A stretch of 64,000 nt of DNA from Strigamia acuminata (Eukaryota), in the NCBI GenBank assembly GCA_949358305.1, contig OX442314.1:9176001-9240000 (forward strand), in the 5' to 3' direction. Below, in pieces: positions 38,684 through 49,390 of this stretch. The notes under the pieces were generated by a model. The model was not told the origin of the DNA. It ran no database searches and saw nothing but the letters and a program-made list of their open reading frames with translations. The translations under genes were made by a program, and so were the position numbers. Position 1 is the first letter of the stretch. Each line of letters begins with the position of its first letter.

Positions 38684-40916
38684 TTTTGTTGTTTTGGTTC
38701 CATGACAACTTATTGGTTTGATGGGTTTTTGGAAGGTGAAAATGAGTTTGGTTGCTTGGGTTGTTGTTGTTGTTGTTGTTGCTATGGTTTTTTGGGGGTT
38801 TTTGGGAATAAAAGTTTGGGTTTGGTTTGGTTTGTTTGGGTTTTGGATTTATGGGGAATTAATCAGGTGTTGTGAGATTAGGATTTGTTTGTGTTTGTGC
38901 TTGGTCATGTTGTAGTTGTGTTTCCCACAACTTTGAACCTAAAACTCTTAAACTGATCGATTTAACTGTGAAATTTGTTTTTTTTTTGTGTGAAAGTGGA
39001 GCATGACTTGTGGGTTTTGGTCGGACCTCGTTATAACGAATTGGTGAAAGTCTAGAAAAAGTTATTTTGTTGTAATGAGGTTTTGGTGCAAGTTTGAAAT
39101 TTAGCATCTGGGACCAAGAGATTGGGAAGGATTTTGGACTAAAAAGGGTGTTTGTTATAACGAGGTTTTGTGCTGATGAAGGAGCATTTGGGGTCTGGTC
39201 AGTATACTTGGATGGACGACCTGCTGGGAATCTCAGCTGTTATTCATCCTTGTCTGGTTAAGGTACTGTGTCTAGGGCAAGAAAAGAACATCTGCCACTC
39301 CCGTCTCCAACTTGGTTTTTGATGGTTTTCGGTGCAAATGCAAGATTGAGTCTTTAAGAAAGTGAAGATATTCAAGAAGTTGATCCAGAACCAGAAACAG
39401 TTTGACATAGAAATGGGTCAAGCTTTGATTGATGAAGTCTGTGCCACCCTTTAGGTGGACCCAGACACAATCACTACTGCTGATGTTTTGCATGAAGCAG
39501 TCATGATTAAGACCCCGGATTTTTATGCAAAATAAAATTCGTTTTATGCGCATAAAATATGCACCAAAAATTCCATTTTATGCAAAATAAAAATAAAAAT
39601 ATGCAAAACAAAAAATTTATTCGAGCGAAATCAGGTGTTAAATAACAACTTGATGCCATTTCAAAGTGTTCTTGATGTAAATGAATACAATTAGTGTCCA
39701 ACCCCTCTATAACGAATCACTAAAATATTTTTCAAAAAAATTCTTTGCTCTAACTTTTTTTTAGCTGTGGGATCCAGCCGTTGAGGAACAGAAGTTGGCA
39801 GTTGGTTTTCGGTTTAAGCGAGTTCGCTATAACGAGGTTGGACCGTAAAATGACTATGAAAAAGTCTGTAAAGTTCTGTTTGCATCTATACGGTCAACAA
39901 CACTTGTGAGAAATAAAATTTCCTTGTTAGGGAAAGTTGCCAGGAAGGTGATGAAGGGCTTCCCCTCCTTGACACCTGTCGGGGAAATAGGCAGATGTGG
40001 AAAACTAACCTATTGTAGCTGTTGTGGAGCAGCGACTGCTGAATAGAGGGAAATCCATTACTATAAGCTTGTATATCTATTCCCAGATCTAGTTTTCAGG
40101 GTGGAAACAAAGTGGTGGCCATAAAAATGAGTCATGACAGATTTAAAGTGAAGAAATGCATTGTTTAAACTGTTTATTTCTATGTCCAACCATTGGCAAA
40201 CCCAAGTGCTGCACTGTGGTTACAAATGACTAGTTATTGCTGCTGAGCAAACAAGCAGTTTATAACCGGTTATGGAGCTATGAGTGGGCCTTTACTTATG
40301 AGTGAAGCATTCAACCACGTGCTGTGAGTCTGTAATAAGTTGATGGGAGTGGGGGGGGGGGGTTGGGGGAGGGGATTTGGAGTTAAGTCTTCAGGTGTGC
40401 TGCTATTTCTGTTGGATTTAGGTTTGGTTTGCTGGCCTAATAATTCATTTAGAGGGGGTAAACTGCTCTTGGTGTGTGTCAAGCTGGACAGGTTTTGTTT
40501 TTAATGAATAGGGAGTCAGGCAGTCATTAGGCAGTTTTTATATGTGGACAGTTTGGATTGCTGGTTTGAGGGGTTTTGAAAATGTTGTGGAGGAATAGAG
40601 GAATATGTATTGTTATGCGGTTAAGCCACACCGAGCAATATTGAGAGTAAATAGGATTTGTTGGCACAGGTCTGGCTGTAACTGGTGTTTGAAAAAGCCA
40701 CGACGAATGGGGAATAAACGGACTTTTCGTTTCGAAGAAGTTCGCTAAATTTCAGGCAATTCCGAGGTATAGATTTTGAGAAATTTTAACATTGGGTATC
40801 GGTCTGTCCGTAGACTTCGTCGGAAGCAGTGTTGCATCAACTTAGGCCTGGTTGCATTTCTTTGGACTCCGGGTGCAATGCAGAACCGATGGTCCTATCG
40901 TGTGCATTGCCCAATA

Positions 40917-41022
40917 CGGTCTAACCTCGTTATAACGAAGTTGCTTGTAGGAGAAGCCCTACTTGCCGAAAGCAAAGTGTTCTTTCGATTTTTAGGGATT
41001 TCGTTATAACGGGGTCGGACTG
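40917..41022. mobile_element. Miniature pogo/Tigger-like (Tc1/mariner) MITE
   Basis: TA|cggtctaacctcgttataacgaa ... ttcgttataacggggtcggactg|TA. Confidence 0.7.
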
Positions 41023-41498
41023 TATATTTTTTGCAACCTTGAAGAGAAATCAAAATTGACTGTTTTGTTTTGGAAGCCATTGACCCAATCCCGAGCCAAA
41101 AGTTACGCGTCTAATAATTGCTGTCTCGAGTACAACTTACGCATCCATAATTTGCGAGTAGGCGCAAAGGCGTGGCTTCTTCTCCATCTTTGAAGGGAAA
41201 AGAAATCTGTTTGGGTTTTTTTTTTACCCCCAACAACCTGTCCGTTAACGAGAGGAGAGAGCACACACCTGCAGCCAGGATGAGTAAAAACTGAACTCAG
41301 CCTTGAACCTGATGACGTTGACAAGTTGGAGAGCGCATTAACCCTTTCAACCCAACCTGCGAGCAATCGAGTTAAGTGAAGGCGAAAAAAAATGAATGGG
41401 ACAAATCAAATATCCAAGGACATCCATCGGGGTGCTCTTAATCAATTTGCACTAGCTGCTTGTAGATCGGTGTCAGAGGTTGGATTTTCCACGTCGTG

Positions 41499-41926
41499 CA
41501 GTCAAACCTCGTTATAACGAACTCGTTTAAAGCGTAAATATCCATCCTGGTGCTGGAATTGGACAGTTTTAGCGGAAACCTCGTTATAGCGAACTGGCTT
41601 AAAGCAGAAACATCAACTGTATTGCTAGAATTAGCTAGATATAGCAAAAACCTCGTTATAACGAACTCGTTTAAAGCGTAAATATCCATCCTGGTGCTGG
41701 AATTGGACAATTTTAGCGGAAACCTCGTTATAGCGAACTTGCTTAAAGCATAAATATCCATCCTGGTGCTGCAATTGGATAGTTTTAGTGGAAACCTCGT
41801 TATAGCAAACTTGCTTAAAGCAGAAACATCAACTGTATTGCTAGAATTAGCCAGTTATAGCGAAAACCTCGTTATAAGGAACTGTTATTTTGATTTTTGG
41901 TGATTTGTTATAACGAGGTTTGACAG
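41499..41926. mobile_element. pogo/Tigger-like MITE derivative with a tandemly amplified 72-bp TIR-containing unit
   Basis: Begins cagtcaaacctcgttataacg and ends gttataacgaggtttgacag. Six aaacctcgttata copies are spaced 72 bp apart. Confidence 0.7.
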
Positions 41927-44264
41927 GAAAGTGAGGTTGCATTTTTTTGGAAGGGGGGAGGGGTGGGGAGAGGGTGATTGTTGTAATGTGAGTTTGGGAT
42001 CCTGCGTACCATATTTGGTTTTATTAAAAATATAATAAATTTTTTTTGGTGTTTTATTTCAAAGGACTTTTTTTTTGCTTATCATTTCAGTTTCTGGTTA
42101 CAATTTATTTCGTTTGGTGTCGTGTTGAGCTTGGACATATGAAACGTGTGTTGGAATGTTATAGAAATAGAAATTTTTAGAAAAAATAATAATTGAAAAA
42201 ATTGTTTTTATGACGATTTGGAAATGTATTGGTTTTCTCCGGAGATCTGTCTCACTCTTTGCAGAGTGTGATTAGCCTCGCCCGGCCTGGGCACAAACAA
42301 ATCTCCGTACAAAAAAATTTACGGAGATCGACCTTAACCTTGGCCGACTCGAGTCGACTTTCCTCCGCCTAACAACCAGCGATTTACCGTCGATTCACTA
42401 ACACGTAGTTTTCAATTGAAAATTGAAACTTCTAATGATTTCATCTCCTCGTGTCAACATCGAGTGAACTAATCAGCTTAAATTTAATCCCCATGGAAGA
42501 TTGAATTAATTATTAAATGAAATTATTTTTTATTTTAAATCCAAAATGGCGGCTGGCAAGGCCTAATTAATCATTCATCATGAAATATAAATAATTTTTT
42601 TTTTTTTTTTTTTTTTTTGCAAAAAAAAAATTGTTGAGCAACTTATTTTAACTTGGATCACGTGACTAGAAAAAAAAGATGGAGAAATGAGTTTTTCGAG
42701 ATAAGAAGCGTCATGACTAATGAAACCGAAACTATTTTTAGTGCGAAAATCACACGGACCACTTAAACTCACACACTGCCCCTATTTTCCTCGCTGCCAT
42801 GAGGAATTTCTTTTTTTCCCGCCCCCGCGTTCGCCTCGCGTTCGTCTCGCCCCGTTGATGACCCTCGCGTGTGGTCAGTAATTTAACTCATTCTCGCCAG
42901 ATGCCGGCGCTCTGAAACTGAAACTCGACACGAGTCAACACGTGCACGCCGAGTTTGTGTTTATTTCTGGAGTTTGATGGGAAAAAAATTGTTTTGCCTT
43001 CGGGGCGATTGTCCTGGCCGCCATCTTTAAAAAAATTGGAAAAAATAATTTTTTTGGATTTTTTTTTTGATTTAATCTAAAAAAAAAATTTTGGACGGGA
43101 AATGCTCATCCGCCTGACGGGAACAGGCGCGCCTGTTCCCGTCTGAAACCTCCCAGATTCCCGTCGAAAAAAGTTAATGTTAATCTATGGAAAATAGGCT
43201 TAGTTTGTGATTACTGTGGTTTTATAGCTCGGCGGTCCTTTTGTCTTTGAAGATTTGATTATTTCTTTAATTTTTTTTTATCTCCGGGGGTGTAGGGGGG
43301 TCCTTGAACGCAGATTGGTGGCGTTTTATCACTTTGCATGGAGTTTTGGTGCCTAAAACGAATTTTAATCATCGAATCCATTAAATCCACATTGGAAATT
43401 GTTAAAACTTTTACGATATTTTCCTCCTTTATTGTTGCTGCAATAATTTATGCAAATGAGTAAGTGGAATGAAAAGGCAGATAATGAGATTAGGCCTATA
43501 TATTTTTGACGAATTTGCATAATGGCACTTGAAATTGAATTGTTGCATCTGACAAACACAACATTGAGGCTTAGAAAACGAGTCGCCATTTTTTTTTTTT
43601 AAATTTATTTCTAAGTAATAAAATTTTTGGAGGAAAAAAAAACGCGCGTCCGACGTCGAGACGCGCGCCAACAGGTCCGCAGACTTAAAGTTTCACGTTT
43701 CGACGCCAGATGGAGGATAAGAGAGCGAGGTAATTGATGGAGGGGACGGAACCTCGTTATAGCGAATTTTGGCTGGGGCTTGGGCCGGGTTTGTGGTTCG
43801 TTGTAGCGGGGTCGGTGTACCTGGTCGAGGGGTGTCGACAGTGTGGGGAGACTTGAGAAACCTCGGATTAAGGAACAATGATGGAGGTGAATGGGTTTAA
43901 TGGTTTGTTATAATGAGGGTGTCTACCTTGATTTGGCGCGGGTTGAAAAAAAGGGACGAGACACGTCGAGGGAAGTTGTCTGGGGGTGGGTGAGGGGGGT
44001 GGTGGTGTCGTTTTGTTTTGGTTGGGGAGAAAATGAGGGGGGGGGATGAGGTTTATTAAATTTGGGAAAGGGAAATGGGGTTTAACCTCGTTATAGCGAA
44101 TTTTTTTATAGTGGAGAAATTGAGTGTGATTATTATGTAAAGAAATGTTTGGGGAAAAGTTTATAAGGAAAAAAATGTGTTTTGCAAAATGTTTTTTTAG
44201 GGGAAAACTGTTTTAAGGGTGTTTTTGCAGGGAAAAAGTGTTTTATACCAAATTTTATTTGGGA

Positions 44265-44600
44265 AAAACTGTTTTGCACACAAATTTAGTGGTAAAACCC
44301 CGTTTTGCACAAAAATTTAGTGAAAAAACCCCGTTTTGCACAAAAATTTAGTGAAAAAACCCCGTTTTGCACAACAATTTAGTGGTAAAACCCCGTTTTG
44401 CACAAAAATTTAGTGAAAAAACCCCGTTTTGCACAAAAATTTAGTGAAAAAACCCCGTTTTGCACAACAATTTAGTGGTAAAACCCCGTTTTGCACAAAA
44501 ATTTAGTGAAAAAACCCCGTTTTGCACCAAAATTTAGTGAAAAAACCCCGTTTTGCAAAACAATTTAGTGGGAAAATCCCATTTTGCACAAAAATTTTGT
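44265..44600. repeat. ~31-32-bp minisatellite (ccccgttttgcacaaaaatttagtgaaaaaa)
   Basis: Tandem copies. Confidence 0.93.
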
Positions 44601-45704
44601 TGGAAAAAAACAGTTTTGCGCAATATTTGCAGGGAAAAATTGCCTTATTGAATATTTTTGCAGGAAAAAACCGTTTTGCTCAAATTTCAGCAGGAAAAAC
44701 CGTTTTATACAAAAATGTAGTGCAAAAAAAAATCGTTTTACAGTTGGAAAAACCGTTTTACGCAAAACCAACTATACCAACAAAAAAAAAATGGCCGAGG
44801 ACCCACTTCCCCCAAAATTGTACTAGTCCAAAAAATAACTTAATCACATTTGCATTTCTAATTCAAAGCAAACGTTTACACGCTTCACGATAAACGTCAT
44901 CCATTTGAAAAGATGCAGGCGCCATTTTTCAAACCCTCACGTCAAAATGGCTGACGGTTAATGGGTGGCGATGGCGGGCCTACAAATCAACAAGAGGCGC
45001 ACTTAACCCTCTCCTAGTTGATTTACAACTCCGTCTAAATTTGGAACGCGTTAAAAATGATGAGACGAAGTGTGGGGGGGCAAAAAAAACACAACATCCC
45101 CCCCCACCCCCACCCACCCCCTTATCATCATCTCGTGTTGTTTTAAAAGTTATTTAGTTTCATTTGGAGCGAAACACGAGCAAATTTGATTATGATCCGT
45201 GATCAATCATGGCGTCGACATGTTGATCCCGAACGCGGGCGTTTTGATCGCAGATTAGTCGCGTTCCGCAAGCACGAGCGAGCGTTTTGCTGCTGTCGCC
45301 ATGACAGCGCAGTTTGGTTTTTGTGGTCGATTCAAATTATACAAAGAAAAAAGAAGGGAAGTTTAATTAAAAGGCGAGTCGAGACTGTGTTCATCCATCA
45401 TTGGCACTTCCGGTTCGGCCTTAAAACTCATTTTTCTCGTCGCCGTCACTCGCGACCCAATTATTGCTCTTTTAACTCGACACTTGGCAAACACTTGACA
45501 ATTTGTTTACATTGGACGAGGCGGGGAAAAAATTGCTTTGCAAATTAGGCCTAATAAGTTTGTTTAATGCTATTAGAGGACCGCTAGACCATCCATTTTG
45601 CTGGCTTTCACTCTGTTCTTTTAAAGGTCTGGCCCCAGAGGGCCCCAGGTGTTGTGGGGCCACCTAGGCCACCTTGGACTCAAGAAAATTTCAACATTTA
45701 AAAC

Positions 45705-46255
45705 AGGGGGCCCCAAAAACCCAACAGTGTTTTGGGGGCCCTAGATCCACAAAAGTGTTTTGGGCCCCGAGATACACAACTGTGTTTTGGGGCCCAAAAA
45801 ACCCAACAGTGTTTTGGGGGCCCCAGATCCGCAACAGTGTTTTGGGGTCCCAGATCCACAACAGTGTTTTGGGCTCCTAGATACCCAACAGTGTTTGGGG
45901 CCCCAAAAATCCAATAGTGTTGTGGGGGCCCCAGATCCACAACAGTGTTTTGGGCCCCTAGATACCCAACAGGGCCCCAAAAATTTAATAGTGTTTTGGA
46001 GCCCCAAAAACCCAACAGTGTTTTGGGGCCCAAAAAATCCAACAGTATTTTTTGGGGGCCCAGATCCACAATAGTGTTTTGGACCCCCAGATACACAACA
46101 GTGTTTTGGGCCCCTGGATACACAAATATTTTGGGCCCCCAGATATACAACAGTGTTTTGGGGCCCCAAAAATCCAATAGTGTTTTGGGGTCTGAAAAAT
46201 TCTACAGTGTTTTAGGCCCCCAGACACACAACATTGTCTTTGGGCCCCCAAAGCT
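45705..46255. repeat. ~30-bp minisatellite (caacagtgttttgggccccagatcca)
   Basis: Tandem copies; explains the six overlapping ORFs here. Confidence 0.93.
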
Positions 46256-46902
46256 GAGGGGTTTGGGACCCTTAACATTTTTTGGGGTTTCTGTCTCAAA
46301 ATGAGTGGGGAAAATGAGAAAAAATTCAAGAATAAACTGGGGCCCTCTTTAGTTGTGGGTTTTGGGGCCTCTTATTGTCTCAAAATGAAGAGGTTTAGAA
46401 AAATTTGCTTTTGGGGCTTTAGTTTTTTGCGGATATCTGGAAAAGTGGCAAACTTGGAGTGGAAGTCTGTGGCTAGACAGAAAGACCTGTGCAAGATGGT
46501 TCTTGGGGACCCCCCACTTGCCCCCTGCAGACCCGGGGTCCGCGAGAATTTGCGTGTTAAAGTTTTGTCTTTTGTCGTAAGTTTATTGTATTGTGTGCTC
46601 CCATCTGAGTTTGCATATGTACGTGGGGTTTTACTTAATTCCGGGACAAGTCAAGTGAAAAATAGCTTTTTGCTGGGATTAGGCTTAAGTAAGCTCGTAA
46701 AAAGTTTGAGGACGCGTTCCTCGACGATTTTTATGGGCGTTCATAAAGGAATGACAAGATGAAATACATCACCAGTGTCACTATACAATGTCATTAAATT
46801 CTGGAATTTTTTTTTTTTTTTTTTTTTTGGGAAATTAAATTTTTTTTTTTTAAAAAAAACAAAATGGTGGATATAATATTTTTTTTTGTTTATTTTTCTT
46901 AG

Positions 46903-47007
46903 GAGTCGTTCCGTTTGAGCAGCCATATTGAAATTCGGGCTCGCCGTTGGAGCCTTCTCGATTGGACTTCATCCGAACATTCTTCCTCTTCAGCCAATCA
47001 GCAATGA
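46903..47007 (+). CDS. Probable terminal coding exon of the BH3-only gene (ESFRLSSHIEIRARRWSLLDWTSSEHSSSSANQQ*)
   Basis: Strong acceptor tttgtttatttttcttag|. The phase-0 frame is the only one of three open for more than 10 codons from this acceptor and matches the exon-2 donor. It repeats the RxRxWSL motif of exon 2. A long AU-rich region with AATAAA signals follows (e.g. ~48242, ~49784). Confidence 0.55.
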   Translation, partial: ESFRLSSHIEIRARRWSLLDWTSSEHSSSSANQQ

Positions 47008-47790
47008 GATTGCGTCATTATAGGCAGAGTCGGCCATTTTGTGCCTAAATATCATCACCAAAGAAATACCAAATAAGATAAATTTGTTGCAAATTTTTTT
47101 TTTTAATTTGATACCGGAAACACTAAAACGTGAAACAAAATGTCGGACAAATTTCGATTTTTTTTTTTTTTTTTTTTATATAAAAAAATGAATTAAATTT
47201 TTCCATTTCCATAAATAAATCCAAGATGGCGGATTTGCTGTCCCAAGAAACATTTTATTTTTGACTATTTTTAAGCCAAAGAGTTTGAAAATTTCAACAT
47301 GGCGGATTTTTAAACCCAAAAAAAAGTTTATTCAAAAAATTTAATATGGCGGATTTTTAATTTTTATAAATCGTGAAAAAATTCAAAATGGCGGTTTTAA
47401 AATTCCATCGTTTGGAATTATTTATATTTTTAAAAAAAAAAACCAAAATAAAGTCAATTATGTTCAATAATAATTTGTGATTTCACATTTCCGGTTTCCA
47501 TTTCGATTTTTTTTTTTTTTACTCAATTTTCAAAACAAAAAAACCAAAAACCAATCATATGTTGTGATAGTCACGTGATAACCAACAAACTACTGCCCCA
47601 ACATGGCGCTTTTTGTGCCTAAATCAAAACAATGGTATTTTTTAAGGTCAGTATAAAACAAAGTGATGTTATTGTTGTCCACTGCCCGATTTTTAAAGAA
47701 AAAATAACAGTAATGATAATTTTTAATTTTATTTTTACGCAAATTAAAAACTTAACCCTAACCACTGACTGATGATGCAATTTCTCGTCT

Positions 47791-47808
47791 TGGTAGCAGA
47801 GGATGGTT
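47791..47808 (+). other. 18-nt perfect complement of the initiator tRNA-Met 3' end (orphan PBS-like site)
   Basis: TGGTAGCAGAGGATGGTT is the reverse complement of AACCATCCTCTGCTACCA, the conserved 3' end of animal tRNA-iMet including CCA (recalled sequence). Confidence 0.75.
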
Positions 47809-48959
47809 AACAAAATTCCCTTCGAATTTGCTTATTAATTATTATATATATAATTTAACTACGAAAAATGGTATTTCACTATAACGAGGGTTTGGGATTA
47901 AATCATGAATTTTAACTAAACTCAAAATAAAAAAATTCTTTCCAGTGATCTCAAATATCATGTGATATGCCCTCAAAAAAATTCAATCCGAGAGCGGCCA
48001 TTTTGTTTTTATATAAATATTTTTTTTTTTTTAGTAAAAAAAAAAAATTTTTTTTAATTAGAATTATGTAAATAGCAATAAGTGGAACAATAAAAGGGAT
48101 TTTTTTCTTCTAACTAGAAATAGGTATATTATAATTATATAATTAATTGAAATTAACCCTAAAAATTGTGACAAAAGGGTTAAAAACTTCTCTCTATACC
48201 CTACCATGTCTTTCATGAAATATTTTAAGGGTTCATAAGAATAAATAAATAAATAAAAAATATAAAAAAAAAAATATTTTTATGGGCCCCAGTAAACAAG
48301 TCACAAATCTATTTTTATTGGACTTGGAATTAAAAAGAGAAAGAAAAAAAGGAATTCCATAATTCAGCGTTCGTAAAATCTCCATAGGTGTTTGTGATGA
48401 GGCAGTGAATCACTTTGGTTGGGTGATTCAGATCACTGTGATACCCTCTCATGCCTGAATTTAGCAACAAACTCGTCGCAAATCAGTTTTCGCCTTTTTG
48501 GCTTTGGTTTTTGAGAGTTTGGGTGAGCGCCATTAGAGGGCGTTAAGTATATTTTTATGGCCGCTTCCATTTGGTAAAGTTGTCTCGTAAATTTTCCTCT
48601 TTTTTGTCACTTTGTTTCTTTGTGTATAAGAAACCGTCCCATATTGGTTTTTTTTTTTCTTTTTTTTTTTTTCATTGCTGATTTTGGAATCAGTTTTGGT
48701 GTATTGTCAATTCGATTTTTCTGATTTTTGATTTTGATTTTTGATTTTGTTTTTTGATTTTGTTTTTTTTGGATTTGTTTAGCCACTGTTCGGGTTCCTG
48801 TTTTGTGCTGTGGCGGAAAGCTTGTTTCCTAGTGTAAATTGATTTTTGAGTGTTTTTTTTTGTTGTTTTACAGTTGGAAATAGTATTAATTTGATTTTTT
48901 TTACACATGTAAATGCATTTACAATGATTTTAATTGGAAATTTGGATATTTTTTTAGAG

Positions 48960-49390
48960 GCAAATGCATTTTTACAGGTATTAATGCATTTTTACAGGTA
49001 TTAATGCATTTTTACAGGTATTAATGCATTTTTATAGGTATTAATGCATTTTTACAGGTGTTAATGCATTTTTACAGGTATTAATGCACTTTTACAGTTA
49101 TTAATGCATTTTTATAAGTATTGAAGCATTGTTATAGATATTAATGCATTGTTTTAGATTTTAATGCCTTTTTACAAATGACAATGCCTTTTTACAAATG
49201 ACAATGCATTTTTACACATTTTGATGCATTCTCACAGATTTTGACGCATTTTTATAGATGAAAATAAAATTTTACACATGAAAATGCATTTTTACAGAAG
49301 ACAATGCATTTTTACAGATGACAATGCATTTTTAGAGATGACAATGCATTTTTACAGATATTAATGCATTATTCCAACATGAATGCATTT
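48960..49390. repeat. 20-bp minisatellite (atgcatttttacaggtatta)
   Basis: Tandem copies. Confidence 0.92.

Noticed and set aside
45674..46329. Several overlapping 100-160-aa ORFs
   Set aside because: Translations of the ~30-bp minisatellite.
15553..46902. About ten FOXO-type TGTTTAC/GTAAACA sites in the BH3-gene introns
   Set aside because: A rough estimate gives about 7 expected by chance in this length of AT-rich DNA, so there is no convincing enrichment.
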